From Spirochaetae bacterium HGW-Spirochaetae-5 (GTDB lineage Bacteria > Spirochaetota > UBA4802 > UBA5550), in NCBI GenBank assembly GCA_002839285.1, contig PGXT01000001.1, positions 6,573 to 70,572 of the forward strand: a DNA stretch of 64,000 bases, written 5' to 3'. Below the pieces are notes generated by a model. It made no database searches, was not told the DNA's origin, and worked only from the letters and a program-made list of their open reading frames with translations. Positions 26,262-36,751 of the stretch are shown here, piece by piece; position 1 is the stretch's first letter, and each line of letters opens with the position of its first letter. The translations under genes and the position numbers were made by a program.

Positions 26262-27308
26262 TCAGATTATCAGCATTGCATCGCCGTATGAAAAGAAACG
26301 GTACTCATTCCTGACGGCCTCTTCATATGCCTGCATAATAAGTTCATACCCTGCAAATGCGGCAACAAGCATAAGCAGGGTCGATTCAGGGGTGTGCAAA
26401 TTTGTAAATAAAACGTCTACTGATTCCACTTTACGCGGAGGATATATAAATATGTCTGTATTTCCTTCTCCAGGAATATTAAATCCGTTTTTATAAGTAC
26501 TTTCAAGAACCCGTAACGAAGTTGTTCCTACAGCAACAATCCTTCTCCCCTGCGATCTTGCAGAATTGATTTTTTCCGCTGAAACATTATCAAGTATAAA
26601 TTTCTCTGAATGCATTTTATGTTTAGAAAGATCATCATCGCGGACCGGACTGAAAGTCCCCCATGATACATGAAGTGTTGTGAATACAAATTCAATTCCC
26701 TTCTCTTTTAATGCGGTAAGCATATCTCCGGTAAAATGCAGTCCCGCTGTAGGAGCGGCGACTGCTCCGCTATGTTCGGCATAAATAGTCTGATAACGAT
26801 CAAGGTCGAACTCGTCACTTTCACGTTTTATGTATGGAGGGAGAGGTACTTCCCCTATTTCAAGCAGTCTCTCTTCTGTAAGTTCTACATTGGTCTCAAC
26901 TTCTACATATTCCCCGGAACGGCCTGAAACTTTAAAAATCACACCTCTGTCTTTTAATGGAGAAAACTCATCATTGATCTTAAGACGCTTTGTCCGGTTT
27001 GATATTAAATACCACCTGGAAGCATCAAGTTTTTCTGTTAAAACTATCTCTAAAGCTCCGCCGGATTTTTTAATGCAGTAAATCCGGGCATTTAAAACTT
27101 TTGTATTATTGAAAACAAGAAGGTCATCTGCGTTTAGAAAATCGGTCAGTGATTTAAAGCCGGTATGAGTAAACTCCTTTTTCTTTCTATTGAGAACAAA
27201 AAGATTTGACTCATCTCTTTTTTCGACAGGTTTTTGCGCTATTAACCCTTCAGGGAGATTATAATAAAAATCTTTAAGTGTATATTCTTTCTTTAACTCT
27301 TTCATCAA
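26262..27308 (-). CDS. queA: S-adenosylmethionine:tRNA ribosyltransferase-isomerase
   Basis: EVPLPPYIKRE and TTLHVSWGTFSPV motifs. 348 aa. Confidence 0.9.
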   Translation of the reverse strand: MMKELKKEYTLKDFYYNLPEGLIAQKPVEKRDESNLFVLNRKKKEFTHTGFKSLTDFLNADDLLVFNNTKVLNARIYCIKKSGGALEIVLTEKLDASRWYLISNRTKRLKINDEFSPLKDRGVIFKVSGRSGEYVEVETNVELTEERLLEIGEVPLPPYIKRESDEFDLDRYQTIYAEHSGAVAAPTAGLHFTGDMLTALKEKGIEFVFTTLHVSWGTFSPVRDDDLSKHKMHSEKFILDNVSAEKINSARSQGRRIVAVGTTSLRVLESTYKNGFNIPGEGNTDIFIYPPRKVESVDVLFTNLHTPESTLLMLVAAFAGYELIMQAYEEAVRNEYRFFSYGDAMLII

Positions 27309-28486
27309 TTAACAAGATGAATTGAACCTTTTTTCTGTGCAAGAGAATTATTACTTATTTTCTGAAATTTTATGTTCTTATAATAATATTTTAAAATTTC
27401 ATCATACTTTATCCCTTTCTCACTTCTCCCTTTTGCACCCCATTGACACATCCCTACTCCGTGCCCCCATCCTCTGCCGTTGATCACGAGTTTTTTATCA
27501 ATCTTTTTAGCTGTAAAATAAGTACTTTTTAATTTCTGAGGAGGGAATAATAACCTATACTGATTCCCGGTAAGATTTATTGTACCGTTATTATGTACTA
27601 TTTCAACAGAAATCACTCTGTCATTATCCTTTTTAAAGGATATTTTACGAATACTATCGACTCTCTTGTATTTCGCGGAGAGAGCTTTAGCAATTTCATC
27701 CATTGTCAGTTCTGTGGTCCAGGTATAGTGAGGAGAATTTTCGCTATACCTGCACTCCACGCTCTCCAGATAAGGGAGATCAGCGCCTGACCAGACATCT
27801 TTGTCATCAGAAGTCTTACCGCCGCTTGTAGAGTGGAAATAAGCAATAATCGGCTCATAATTATATGTCATTATTGTTCCGGAGGTTTTTGTCACAGCTT
27901 CTATTGAAGAGGGTGTTTCAGAGGCGATCCCTTTATACACCTGAAAATTTGTAGTCGAATCAACATCATACACATTTTTACTACTATTTTTGATTATATG
28001 ATAATATGAATAAGTCCTCGCAGCAACAGCCTGAGCTTTCAGCGCTTCGATATTCCATGAGGCAGGCATCTCCGATGGTACTACGCTATACAGGTATTCC
28101 TCTATGCTCAGAATGTTTACTATATAAATCTTACCCAGTATATTATGCAGTTCAATTTTCCCCCTATAACCGGTATTATTAACATACAGAATATTTTTAT
28201 CAGACTCAATCAGATATATACTGCTGATTTTCTCCGGATAAAAATTTAAACCTGCACTTTTGGATTCATGAACTATGCGTGAGTTTTTTTTATCAATGAC
28301 TCTTAAGCCTGAATCAGACCTGATTTTAAAAGAATCGTTCTCGACCTTCACAAGTACCTTGACATAAGCAGCACCTGCCGGAATGTTCATACTCTTACTT
28401 CTTAAATATTTTTCAGAAGGGGTACATGAAAAAAAAATTGAGCCGGATAAAATAATCAATAATACAATTTTAAAAATTTTATACAT
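27305..28486 (-). CDS. SpoIID/LytB-domain protein
   Basis: GRGWGHGVGMCQWGAKG signature of the SpoIID/LytB family. N-terminal signal anchor. Confidence 0.75.
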   Translation of the reverse strand: MYKIFKIVLLIILSGSIFFSCTPSEKYLRSKSMNIPAGAAYVKVLVKVENDSFKIRSDSGLRVIDKKNSRIVHESKSAGLNFYPEKISSIYLIESDKNILYVNNTGYRGKIELHNILGKIYIVNILSIEEYLYSVVPSEMPASWNIEALKAQAVAARTYSYYHIIKNSSKNVYDVDSTTNFQVYKGIASETPSSIEAVTKTSGTIMTYNYEPIIAYFHSTSGGKTSDDKDVWSGADLPYLESVECRYSENSPHYTWTTELTMDEIAKALSAKYKRVDSIRKISFKKDNDRVISVEIVHNNGTINLTGNQYRLLFPPQKLKSTYFTAKKIDKKLVINGRGWGHGVGMCQWGAKGRSEKGIKYDEILKYYYKNIKFQKISNNSLAQKKGSIHLVN

Positions 28487-28498
28487 ATAAAACCCGGT

Positions 28499-29395
28499 CT
28501 ATCCTTTAGGATGAAAATTTTTGTGAATTTTCTGAAGCTGTTTTTTAGCCATATGAGTATATATCTGAGTTGTTGAGATATCCATGTGGCCAAGCAGTTC
28601 CTGGACAGAACGGAGATCAGCTCCATTTTCTATCAGGTGCGTTGCAAATGAGTGCCTTAAAGTATGAGGCGTAATATTCTTTTTAATTTCAGTTCTTGTA
28701 ACATAATTTTTCAACAGACGCCAGACAGACTTTCTATTCAACTGAGACCCTTTTTTACTTACAAATAAAAACTCCGAATCTCTGCTGCCGATTATTGCCG
28801 GCCTTGATTCCTTTTTATATTTCAACAAAAGTCTAGCTGCTTCTTTACCTATCGGCACCATTCTCTGCTTATTACCTTTACCAATTACAGTTACGAATAG
28901 ATTATCAAAATCAACATCTCCGGAATTTAGATCTATTGCTTCTGAAATTCTCAAACCGCTGGAATATAATAACTCAAAAATGGTTTTATCACGAAGCTCA
29001 TAACTGTCCTCTTCTGATATCGAATTAAACAGCTTATTTAATTCATTAACAGTAAGAAAATCCGGCAAAGTTTTTTCTACATGAGGAGTTTCGATTTTCT
29101 CTGTGGGATTTTTAATATTAGTATCAACATTATCTGAAACAAAATTATAAAACTGTCTTATTGCAGCAAGAGATCTTGCCAGAGTTCTTGTTGAGTTTTT
29201 TTTATCATTTTTTTCATACTTTAAAAACTGCTGAATATCCTCATGTGTGGCATCAAGGATATCCTTACTTTTATTTGATAGAAATTCACTGAATTTTTTT
29301 AAATCATAGGTGTATGAATAAATGGAATTCTGGGACAACCCCTTTTCAACCTGAAGAAACTTTTTAAATCTTTTAATTGCCACTACTTCTTTCAC
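28499..29395 (-). CDS. tyrosine site-specific recombinase XerC/XerD-like
   Basis: C-terminal catalytic region LRHSFATHLIENGADLRSVQELLGHMDISTTQIYTHM (R..H-x-x-R..Y). 298 aa. Confidence 0.8.
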   Translation of the reverse strand: MKEVVAIKRFKKFLQVEKGLSQNSIYSYTYDLKKFSEFLSNKSKDILDATHEDIQQFLKYEKNDKKNSTRTLARSLAAIRQFYNFVSDNVDTNIKNPTEKIETPHVEKTLPDFLTVNELNKLFNSISEEDSYELRDKTIFELLYSSGLRISEAIDLNSGDVDFDNLFVTVIGKGNKQRMVPIGKEAARLLLKYKKESRPAIIGSRDSEFLFVSKKGSQLNRKSVWRLLKNYVTRTEIKKNITPHTLRHSFATHLIENGADLRSVQELLGHMDISTTQIYTHMAKKQLQKIHKNFHPKG

Positions 29396-29678
29396 CGGAA
29401 TACTCCTGGATTAAAATTTACACCCGCAGGACCTGTAATTTTATCTGTTTATATACTAATTCTTTAATAATTACATTTAAATTATCGGTAGAGCTGAATT
29501 ATGTCTTAATAGAGTTGTTACATTTTATTCTAAAAAGACATAATTTTTTTATTAAAAATCAAATAGCTCCATCTTTTTAGAGATTGGCCGCTTCAGGAGG
29601 AGTAAAAATAAGATTTATCACTTATCAGGGGATTTATTATAAACACTTAATAAATTATTTGAAAGAAGATTACGATGA

Positions 29679-30404
29679 TTACTTTTTCTTTTTTCCAGCT
29701 TTAATTTTTTTTACAGGTGAATCGTCAATAATTTCACCGTCTTTAAACAGTACTTTTCTATCTGTGTACTCTGCAACATCCGGCTCATGAGTAACCATAA
29801 TAATTGAGATGCCTGTTTCTTTGTTTAGTCTTGTAAAGAGCTTCATAATTTCTTCGGTATTCTTTGAATCAAGATTACCTGTAGGCTCATCTGCGAGAAT
29901 AATTGAAGGATCATTAATTAAAGCGCGGGCAATTGCTACGCGCTGCTGCTCTCCTCCTGAGAGTTTATTGGGATGATGATCATATCTGCCGGACAATCCA
30001 ACCATATCGAGCAGCTCCTTAGCACGCCTATTAAGCTCCTTAGAAGATACTCCCCCCTTATAAAAAAGCGGAAGTTCAACATTTTCCATTGCCGAGGTTC
30101 TTGAAAGGAGATTAAAACCCTGAAAAACAAAACCGATTTTACGATTTCTTATCTCTGCCTTCTGATCATTATTAAGCGTAGAGCCGTCAATCCCATCGAG
30201 TAGATAAGTACCGGTGGTTGGTGTATCAAGAAATCCCAGAATATTCATAAAAGTGGATTTACCCGACCCTGATGAACCCATAATAGAAACGAATTCACCT
30301 TCTGCAAAATTAAAGGTTACCCCTTTAATAGCGCTGACACTAACCTCCTCACTGAGATTATATATTTTAACAAGATCCTTTATCTCTATAATTCTTTTTT
30401 TCAT
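29679..30404 (-). CDS. ABC transporter ATP-binding protein (MacB/LolD-type ATPase, no fused permease)
   Basis: Walker [13 protein letters not shown] signature [15 protein letters not shown], Walker [12 protein letters not shown]. 241 aa. Confidence 0.85.
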   Translation of the reverse strand: MKKRIIEIKDLVKIYNLSEEVSVSAIKGVTFNFAEGEFVSIMGSSGSGKSTFMNILGFLDTPTTGTYLLDGIDGSTLNNDQKAEIRNRKIGFVFQGFNLLSRTSAMENVELPLFYKGGVSSKELNRRAKELLDMVGLSGRYDHHPNKLSGGEQQRVAIARALINDPSIILADEPTGNLDSKNTEEIMKLFTRLNKETGISIIMVTHEPDVAEYTDRKVLFKDGEIIDDSPVKKIKAGKKKK

Positions 30405-30426
30405 AACTCAAACACTGAATTTATTT

Positions 30427-31518
30427 TTACTGCTTCTTTTCTTTAACCCGGACCAGAATTTCATCATTTTCATCCAGTCCTCCGGTTATTTCGGTATACA
30501 TATCCCCCTGAAGCCCTGTTTTTACCTCAACGGCCTTGTAGGATTTCCCCTCGATTATTCCGGTTTTTTTCCAGATTATTTTTTTTGTATTATCAGAATC
30601 CATATCCGCTTCAGGAGAGACTATTAAAGCCTGATTCAAAACCATCAATACCCCCTTCTTTTCACTCACGACAACTGTAGCTGTTGCTGTCATCCCGGGT
30701 CTTAAAAGAAGTTCCGGATTGTCACATGTAACAATGGATTGATAAGTGACAAGTCCTCCTGATTTAACCGGATTGATCCTAACCTGATTTATAGTACCTT
30801 CAAATCTTTTATCAGGAAATGCACTTACAGTAAAAACAACCTGCTGGCCGTTTTTAATATAACCAATATCTGATTCGTCAATGCTTATAGTAAGAATCAT
30901 TTTATTAAGAGTTGGTGCAATTAGAAATAATGGAGAATTTGTACTTACCGGCAAATTCTCCTTTGCATAAACAGTTACAACGGTACCGCTAATGGGAGAA
31001 TAAACTTTTGAATATTCACGCTCTTTCACTAAAAGATCATAATCCATTTTAGCCTGTTTATATAAAAGCAGAACTGAATTATATTCTATTTCAGAATTTT
31101 CCATAGCACGTTTGGAAATAAGATTATCTTTATATAGATTTTTTTTACCTTGAAGATCCTGCTCAGCAGATTTAATTTTAAATTTCGCATTTTCAAGTGA
31201 ACCCTGTGCTCTGACAATTCTCTGCTCAATATTTAATGAATCAACTCTTAAAAGGATATCGCCTTTTGAAATTTTACTATTAAAATCAACATAAATTTTT
31301 TCTACTATTCCATTGGCTTTACTCAAAATGGTCAACGGATCAAGAATATCAAGCTCACCGGTTACTGAAATTGTCTTTTTAACCTCACCCCTGGAAACCT
31401 TTTCGAAAACAAGTTCCCCTCCTCCGCTCTTACCGCATCCTCTTATTGAAAAAATAATAATGAGAATAACGATGGCTATTGAAGCTGATATTATAGTTTT
31501 TATTCCTGGTTTTTGCAT
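30427..31518 (-). CDS. HlyD/MacA-family periplasmic efflux adaptor
   Basis: N-terminal TM, coiled-coil hairpin and beta-barrel/lipoyl-like segments typical of membrane fusion proteins. Confidence 0.75.
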   Translation of the reverse strand: MQKPGIKTIISASIAIVILIIIFSIRGCGKSGGGELVFEKVSRGEVKKTISVTGELDILDPLTILSKANGIVEKIYVDFNSKISKGDILLRVDSLNIEQRIVRAQGSLENAKFKIKSAEQDLQGKKNLYKDNLISKRAMENSEIEYNSVLLLYKQAKMDYDLLVKEREYSKVYSPISGTVVTVYAKENLPVSTNSPLFLIAPTLNKMILTISIDESDIGYIKNGQQVVFTVSAFPDKRFEGTINQVRINPVKSGGLVTYQSIVTCDNPELLLRPGMTATATVVVSEKKGVLMVLNQALIVSPEADMDSDNTKKIIWKKTGIIEGKSYKAVEVKTGLQGDMYTEITGGLDENDEILVRVKEKKQ

Positions 31519-32870
31519 ATAGAACTCTCTCCAATACCGATGATACTTGTTAATTTAGCCAGAGTCAATAAATAACTATATTTTGATTCGAGAAAACCGA
31601 TGTCGGCCTTAATCACGCTTAATTCAGCATCCTGAAGCTCAAGCAGCGTACCACCGCCATTCTCATAACTTCTCTGTGCAAGAAGCAGATGCCTCTGGGC
31701 ATTCTTTGTAATCAGATTAGATATCTCCATCTGTTTCTTTATCTCTTCAAGACTCTTAAAACTATCGCGTATCTGGTTCTTTGTTTCAATTAATAACTCT
31801 TTCTCTTTATACGATATTTTATTATAATCACTGACCACCGAATCAACCCTGGCCGATATACGTCCCCCGGAATAAACCGGTAAAGTGGCTCTAATTGCTC
31901 CGTTAAACGCGGGGCTCCATTTCTCAAAATTGAAATTATCTGACATCTGCCCCACCCCGTAGAGTTTTTCACTCTGATAACCGAGACCTAAAAGCATGTC
32001 AACCCTGGGGTAATGAGAAGCATTCTCTTCAAAAATTTTCAACCTTGCAGCCCGCTTCTCCAGAGTAACAATTCTTATCAGCGGGCTGTAAACCTCTGCC
32101 ATCTTATACAGATCATCCAGCTGACAATTAAGTTCCGGTATTGCTTCTACATCCCCGGGATTTATCGATAAAGTCTCAACCTCTTCAAGCCCCATGGACC
32201 GGAATAAGCTGAGCTTGGTTTTTCTTTCATTATTTTTTGCTTTTTCAAGCTGAAGCTGAGAATCAGCCATGTCAACTTCAGCTTTACTGACATCGAGTAT
32301 AGGGCGGGCCCCCTGCTCAAAAAGCTGTTTAGCAAGATCAGACTTCTTTTTAAATTTCTTATGCATCTCCTCTTTGATCCCGAGAGTGTTTCTGGAAAGG
32401 AGGTAACTATAATAAGCATTTTTAACTTCAAAAACAATAGTGTTTCTTGTTTTCTGATTTTTTAATTTTGATATATCAATACCTGTTTTGGCATTTTCCT
32501 CGATATAATCTTTTTTAGCGTCGTAAAGATTATATACAACGGTAAGTCCAGCAAAAAGACCTATATTGGTATCCTGACCGGGTATCTGGAAATTTGTATT
32601 GGCAGTAGTGTCTGTTTTTGCATACTCTACAGTTTTTATTTCGCCATCAATAATAACACTTTTCATAGATTTAGCTATTTTATAATCAGCTACGCTCTTT
32701 TTATTATCTTCAATCGACAAGAATAAATCGGGATGATTCTGAAGAGCAATATTTATACACTCATCGAGATTGACAATGCGCTCTGCAGGAAAAGCATTAA
32801 TTGCGATAAAAATTAACAGAAGTAAAAATATTTGTTTCATGAATTTTTTAAATTCCCTTTGTAGTGACAA
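31500..32870 (-). CDS. TolC-like outer-membrane efflux channel
   Basis: Signal peptide, two-repeat coiled-coil architecture, 456 aa, encoded upstream of the adaptor and ATPase genes. Confidence 0.7.
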   Translation of the reverse strand: MSLQREFKKFMKQIFLLLLIFIAINAFPAERIVNLDECINIALQNHPDLFLSIEDNKKSVADYKIAKSMKSVIIDGEIKTVEYAKTDTTANTNFQIPGQDTNIGLFAGLTVVYNLYDAKKDYIEENAKTGIDISKLKNQKTRNTIVFEVKNAYYSYLLSRNTLGIKEEMHKKFKKKSDLAKQLFEQGARPILDVSKAEVDMADSQLQLEKAKNNERKTKLSLFRSMGLEEVETLSINPGDVEAIPELNCQLDDLYKMAEVYSPLIRIVTLEKRAARLKIFEENASHYPRVDMLLGLGYQSEKLYGVGQMSDNFNFEKWSPAFNGAIRATLPVYSGGRISARVDSVVSDYNKISYKEKELLIETKNQIRDSFKSLEEIKKQMEISNLITKNAQRHLLLAQRSYENGGGTLLELQDAELSVIKADIGFLESKYSYLLTLAKLTSIIGIGESSICKNQE

Positions 32871-33137
32871 AGATTATTTTTTTTAAATAATCAATGTTAT
32901 AATTTAATATATACTGTATATGTCAAGACAATAAATGCTGATTCCAGCTCACCCGCCCCTCAATTCACACTACGACAAATCTACTAAATACATCGTTATT
33001 TTTCAAGCGGTGTTCGTCCAGCAGAGTTTGTTTTTATTTTTTTAACTCAATTAATGCATAAAAATAAAAAAAATAAATATTATTAAAAAAAACATTGACA
33101 GTCCCCGCATATAAAATTATCTGTTACCTCGTTGTCT

Positions 33138-33210
33138 GCTAGCGTAGCTCAATCGGTAGAGCAGCTGATTTGTAATCAGCTTGTTGGGGGTTCAATTCCT
33201 CTCGCTAGCT
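33138..33210 (+). tRNA. tRNA-Thr (anticodon TGT)
   Basis: Cloverleaf folded by hand: 7-bp acceptor GCTAGCG/CGCTAGC, D-arm GCTC/GAGC, anticodon stem GCTGA/TCAGC with loop TTTGTAA, 5-nt variable loop, T-arm with TTCAATT loop. No encoded CCA. Confidence 0.8.
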
Positions 33211-33216
33211 AAAAAT

Positions 33217-33298
33217 GGTAAGGTTCCCGAGCGGCCAAAGGGAACAGACTGTAAATCTGTCGGCGTAGCCTTCGAAGGTTCGAATCCTTCCCTTACCA
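33217..33298 (+). tRNA. tRNA-Tyr (anticodon GTA) with long variable arm
   Basis: Acceptor GGTAAGG/CCTTACC, anticodon stem ACAGA/TCTGT with loop CTGTAAA, long variable arm, T-arm GAAGGTTCGAATCCTTC. Confidence 0.8.
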
Positions 33299-33306
33299 AC
33301 GCCGGA

Positions 33307-33337
33307 AAAGCTCCTGATTATTCAGGAGCTTTTTTTA
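33307..33337 (+). terminator. rho-independent terminator after the tRNA pair
   Basis: AGCTCCTGA-TTAT-TCAGGAGCT hairpin followed by T7. Confidence 0.7.
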
Positions 33338-33418
33338 TGCCTTCAGGTTATACTTCTCTGAAATTTAATATTGACATATTGGCAGATAAAGTTTTTATTT
33401 AAATCATGAAGAGATTTT

Positions 33419-34144
33419 ATGTTAACAGAAAATGAACTGATCCGTTATAAAAGACAGCTTGAAGTATCAGGCTGGGATAAATCGACGCAGGAAAAACTTA
33501 AAAGCGCCTCGGTCTTTGTCGCCGGAGCCGGCGGTCTAGGGAGCCCTGTGTTATATTATCTGGCTGCTGCAGGAGTGGGGCATATAAAAATCTGTGATAG
33601 AGATAAAATTGATCTCTCCAATCTCAACAGGCAGATTCTATACAACACAGTAGATACAGACAACTGGAAAGCCGAAACTGCCTCAGCAAAAGTTTCGCAG
33701 CTGAACGATGAAATAAAAATTACATATTTCAACTCCGAAGCCGGATGGCCCCTTCTTGATGAAATAAAAGAATGCGGCATTATTGTTGACTGCCTCGATA
33801 ACTTTGAATCGAGACATATATTAAACCGTATTTCTCTTCAAACAGGCATTCCAATGATTCATGCAGGCGTGTCGGAGTATTACGGACAGATGACATTCCT
33901 GCAGCCGGGAGAAACCCCCTGTCTGGCATGCTTCATACCTGAAGATATTAAAAAAGAGACAAAAGGCATAGTCGGTGCAATGGCCGGGATTGTCGGTTCA
34001 ATGCAGGCTATTGAAGTAATAAAATTTTTAACAGACACTGGTGACATTCTTAAAAACCGGCTCCTGCATATTGACGGAAAATTAATGAATATAACAACTC
34101 TAACTATAAAAAGAAATCCCGACTGCAAAGTCTGTTCAAAATAA
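33419..34144 (+). CDS. ThiF/MoeB-family E1-like adenylyltransferase with C-terminal Cys pairs
   Basis: Nucleotide-binding motif VFVAGAGGLGSPVLYYLAAAGVG and CLAC...CKVC zinc-binding pairs. Confidence 0.75.
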   Translation: MLTENELIRYKRQLEVSGWDKSTQEKLKSASVFVAGAGGLGSPVLYYLAAAGVGHIKICDRDKIDLSNLNRQILYNTVDTDNWKAETASAKVSQLNDEIKITYFNSEAGWPLLDEIKECGIIVDCLDNFESRHILNRISLQTGIPMIHAGVSEYYGQMTFLQPGETPCLACFIPEDIKKETKGIVGAMAGIVGSMQAIEVIKFLTDTGDILKNRLLHIDGKLMNITTLTIKRNPDCKVCSK

Positions 34145-34156
34145 AAGAGGTACTAT

Positions 34157-34465
34157 ATGTTCAAAAAATCAAGAATAATCATGGCAATTACAGTTATACT
34201 TCTGATCTTTGCCGCCTATTTCTATTTTAAATATTATTTTACAGAAGAACAGAAAAACATCACTCAGCGTAAACTGGATACAATTACCGGACAGGATCTG
34301 GCTGTCACCATATTCGGTGTTGATGGAAGGATTATTAAAAGATGGACCGGCGTAAAAAAAATTACAACATTCAAAGACGAACGTAATTACACTTTTTTCT
34401 ACACAAAAGACGGCAAATATGTCCAAATCCCGAACTCAGTCTGGTATTTAGCAGAAGAGGAGTAA
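34157..34465 (+). CDS. small membrane-anchored hypothetical protein (102 aa)
   Basis: N-terminal TM helix. Translationally close to recG. Confidence 0.4.
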   Translation: MFKKSRIIMAITVILLIFAAYFYFKYYFTEEQKNITQRKLDTITGQDLAVTIFGVDGRIIKRWTGVKKITTFKDERNYTFFYTKDGKYVQIPNSVWYLAEEE

Positions 34466-34469
34466 TCCC

Positions 34470-36554
34470 GTGAATATTCCCGTTACTTCGATACACGGGA
34501 TTGGACCTGTAAAAGCGGAAATCCTTAAAACTGAAGCCGGTATTGAAACTGTCGAAGATCTGCTTTATTATATACCCCGGAAATATCTTGATAGATCGTT
34601 GATTAAACCGATGGTGGACTGCTTCTCCAATGAAGAAGTCACCGTCGGAGGAAAAATCATTTCAGTTAATCTCATACGGCGCAGACAGATATTACTTCAG
34701 GTTGATGTTTCTGATGGAACGGATATTGTTTCTGCTGTATTCTTTGGAGCTGCAGGTTTTCTGCAGAAGCTTTTCAACGAAGGGGATTTTATTCTCCTAT
34801 CGGGCAGGATAAACATCCTCAGAGGTAAGCAGATTGTGCATCCCGATTTTGACTTCATTGATGAAAGCTCTGATATTAAATCTGTTAATACGGGGAGAAT
34901 AATCCCGCTTTACAGATCAACAAATTCACTTAAAAAAAACGGATTTGATTCACGCGGTTTCAGAAGATTAGTGAAATCAGTTCTGGAACATTACATTTCC
35001 CGAATAGAAGAGACCATCCCTGAATCCATACTGAATAAATACGGACTCATACGGATAAGTGATGCTTTAAAAGGGATACATTTCCCCGATACTATTGAGC
35101 ATGCCGAGCAGTCCAGAATGCGTCTCGCATTCAATGAGATTTACTTTTTCCAATACTACATACTCCTGCTGAAGAAAATTAATAATGCAGTTTTACCATA
35201 CAGCCGGACTATATCAGCCAAAGCTGCAGAAAAATTCATAAAAACATTAAAATTCAGCCTCACAAATGATCAGCTACGTGCCGTTGACGAGATATCAGCA
35301 GATTTAAACTCCCCTTACCCCATGAACAGATTACTCCAGGGGGATGTCGGTTCCGGGAAAACCGTTGTAGCTCTTGCCGGAGCCGTTATAACCATAAGCA
35401 GAGGCCGGCAGGCGGCACTGATGGTACCCACAGAGATACTCGCGCAGCAGCACTATGAGACATCCCTGAAGATACTTCCGGAAAATATCAGAACCATTCT
35501 CATCACAGGAAGCATGACTCAGAAAGAGAGAAAAACTGCCTACGAAATGATCTCAAGCGGTAATGCAGATCTCGTCATCGGTACCCATGCTTTAATTCAG
35601 TCAGCCGTAAATTTTAAACAACTAGGCTACATAATCATTGACGAACAGCACCGGTTCGGCGTAGAGCAGCGCGGAAAACTCCGGACAAAGGGGGAGACTC
35701 CCGATCTGCTTGTTATGACAGCAACACCAATCCCGAGATCATTATCGATGACTCTTTACGGTGATCTTGATGTGTCATATATCCGCGAAAAACCGGCAGA
35801 CAGGCTGCCGGTAAAGACTCTTGCTTTTCCGGTATCAAGGCTTGGCGGTGTTTACAACTCCATGCGTAATTACCTGAAACAGGGCCGTCAGATATTCTAT
35901 GTTTTGCCGATTATTGAAGAGTCGGAAAAGATTGATCTTAAATCCGCAGTGGAGACATACAATCATCTGAAAGATACAGTATTTACAGATATGTCCGTAG
36001 CACTTCTGCATGGTAAAATCCCTCAGAATGAAAAAGATGATATAATGCTCCGGTTTAGAAAGGGTGAAATAAATATTCTTGTGTCCACAACAGTTATTGA
36101 AGTGGGAATAGATATACCAAACGCAAATGTAATGGTTATTGAGCATTCCGAGCGATTCGGTCTTGCTCAGCTTCACCAGCTGAGAGGTCGCGTCGGCCGC
36201 GGAGAGCATCAGTCATTCTGTATACTTATCCATCCTGAAAAAATTTCGGGAGATGCTGAGGAGAGAATAAAAATTCTTACTGAATCTGATGACGGTTTTA
36301 TTATTTCAGAGAAAGATCTTCAGCTTCGGGGGAGCGGACAGCTCATCGGAACACGGCAGCACGGTTTCACAGATTTTGAATTTGCCGATCTGGGAACCGA
36401 TATTGATATTATAATCAATGCAAGAAGAGAAGCGGAAATCGCCATTTCGGAACTTCAGGATATGGAAGAAGAGCTGAATAACATAAGACATAACAGATTC
36501 AACAAACAGCTAAAGGGATTACGGCATAAAAGAATCCTGTCGCTTCTGTCATGA
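34470..36554 (+). CDS. recG: ATP-dependent DNA helicase RecG
   Basis: Walker A GDVGSGKT, DEQHRFGV (DEQH box), N-terminal wedge/OB region, 694 aa. Confidence 0.9.
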   Translation: MNIPVTSIHGIGPVKAEILKTEAGIETVEDLLYYIPRKYLDRSLIKPMVDCFSNEEVTVGGKIISVNLIRRRQILLQVDVSDGTDIVSAVFFGAAGFLQKLFNEGDFILLSGRINILRGKQIVHPDFDFIDESSDIKSVNTGRIIPLYRSTNSLKKNGFDSRGFRRLVKSVLEHYISRIEETIPESILNKYGLIRISDALKGIHFPDTIEHAEQSRMRLAFNEIYFFQYYILLLKKINNAVLPYSRTISAKAAEKFIKTLKFSLTNDQLRAVDEISADLNSPYPMNRLLQGDVGSGKTVVALAGAVITISRGRQAALMVPTEILAQQHYETSLKILPENIRTILITGSMTQKERKTAYEMISSGNADLVIGTHALIQSAVNFKQLGYIIIDEQHRFGVEQRGKLRTKGETPDLLVMTATPIPRSLSMTLYGDLDVSYIREKPADRLPVKTLAFPVSRLGGVYNSMRNYLKQGRQIFYVLPIIEESEKIDLKSAVETYNHLKDTVFTDMSVALLHGKIPQNEKDDIMLRFRKGEINILVSTTVIEVGIDIPNANVMVIEHSERFGLAQLHQLRGRVGRGEHQSFCILIHPEKISGDAEERIKILTESDDGFIISEKDLQLRGSGQLIGTRQHGFTDFEFADLGTDIDIIINARREAEIAISELQDMEEELNNIRHNRFNKQLKGLRHKRILSLLS

Positions 36555-36637
36555 CATCCGGATATATGAAGATACAGAAAACTTTTTTAAACATAAAAAC
36601 ATTGAAGCACTACATCAATTTACGAAATGTTTAGAGC

Positions 36638-36679
36638 CTGTCATTTCGAACCCCTGTCAATTTTTCGGGTGAGAAATCT
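36638..36679. repeat. family-2 repeat, half copy (TGTCATTTCGAACCC ... TGAGAAATCT)
   Basis: The 15-mer TGTCATTTCGAACCC recurs as its reverse complement at 60371. The GAGAAATCT module also recurs at 60322. Confidence 0.5.
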
Positions 36680-36751
36680 TATTGAACTTTATTGAAGCTG
36701 ATAAACGCTCTATTACCCCCGCTGCCCTGGGCAACGGGGGCTTATAAAGAT

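Noticed and set aside
29377-29790. Track ORFs 29377..29580 and 29584..29790 as a remnant of the missing MacB permease
   Set aside because: No TM-rich or FtsX-like sequence. They are low-complexity AT-rich translations in the intergenic region, and the second overlaps the ATPase gene on the opposite strand.
33181-33402. Track ORF 33181..33402 (73 aa)
   Set aside because: Overlaps the tRNA-Thr 3-prime end, the whole tRNA-Tyr gene and the terminator hairpin, so it is spurious.
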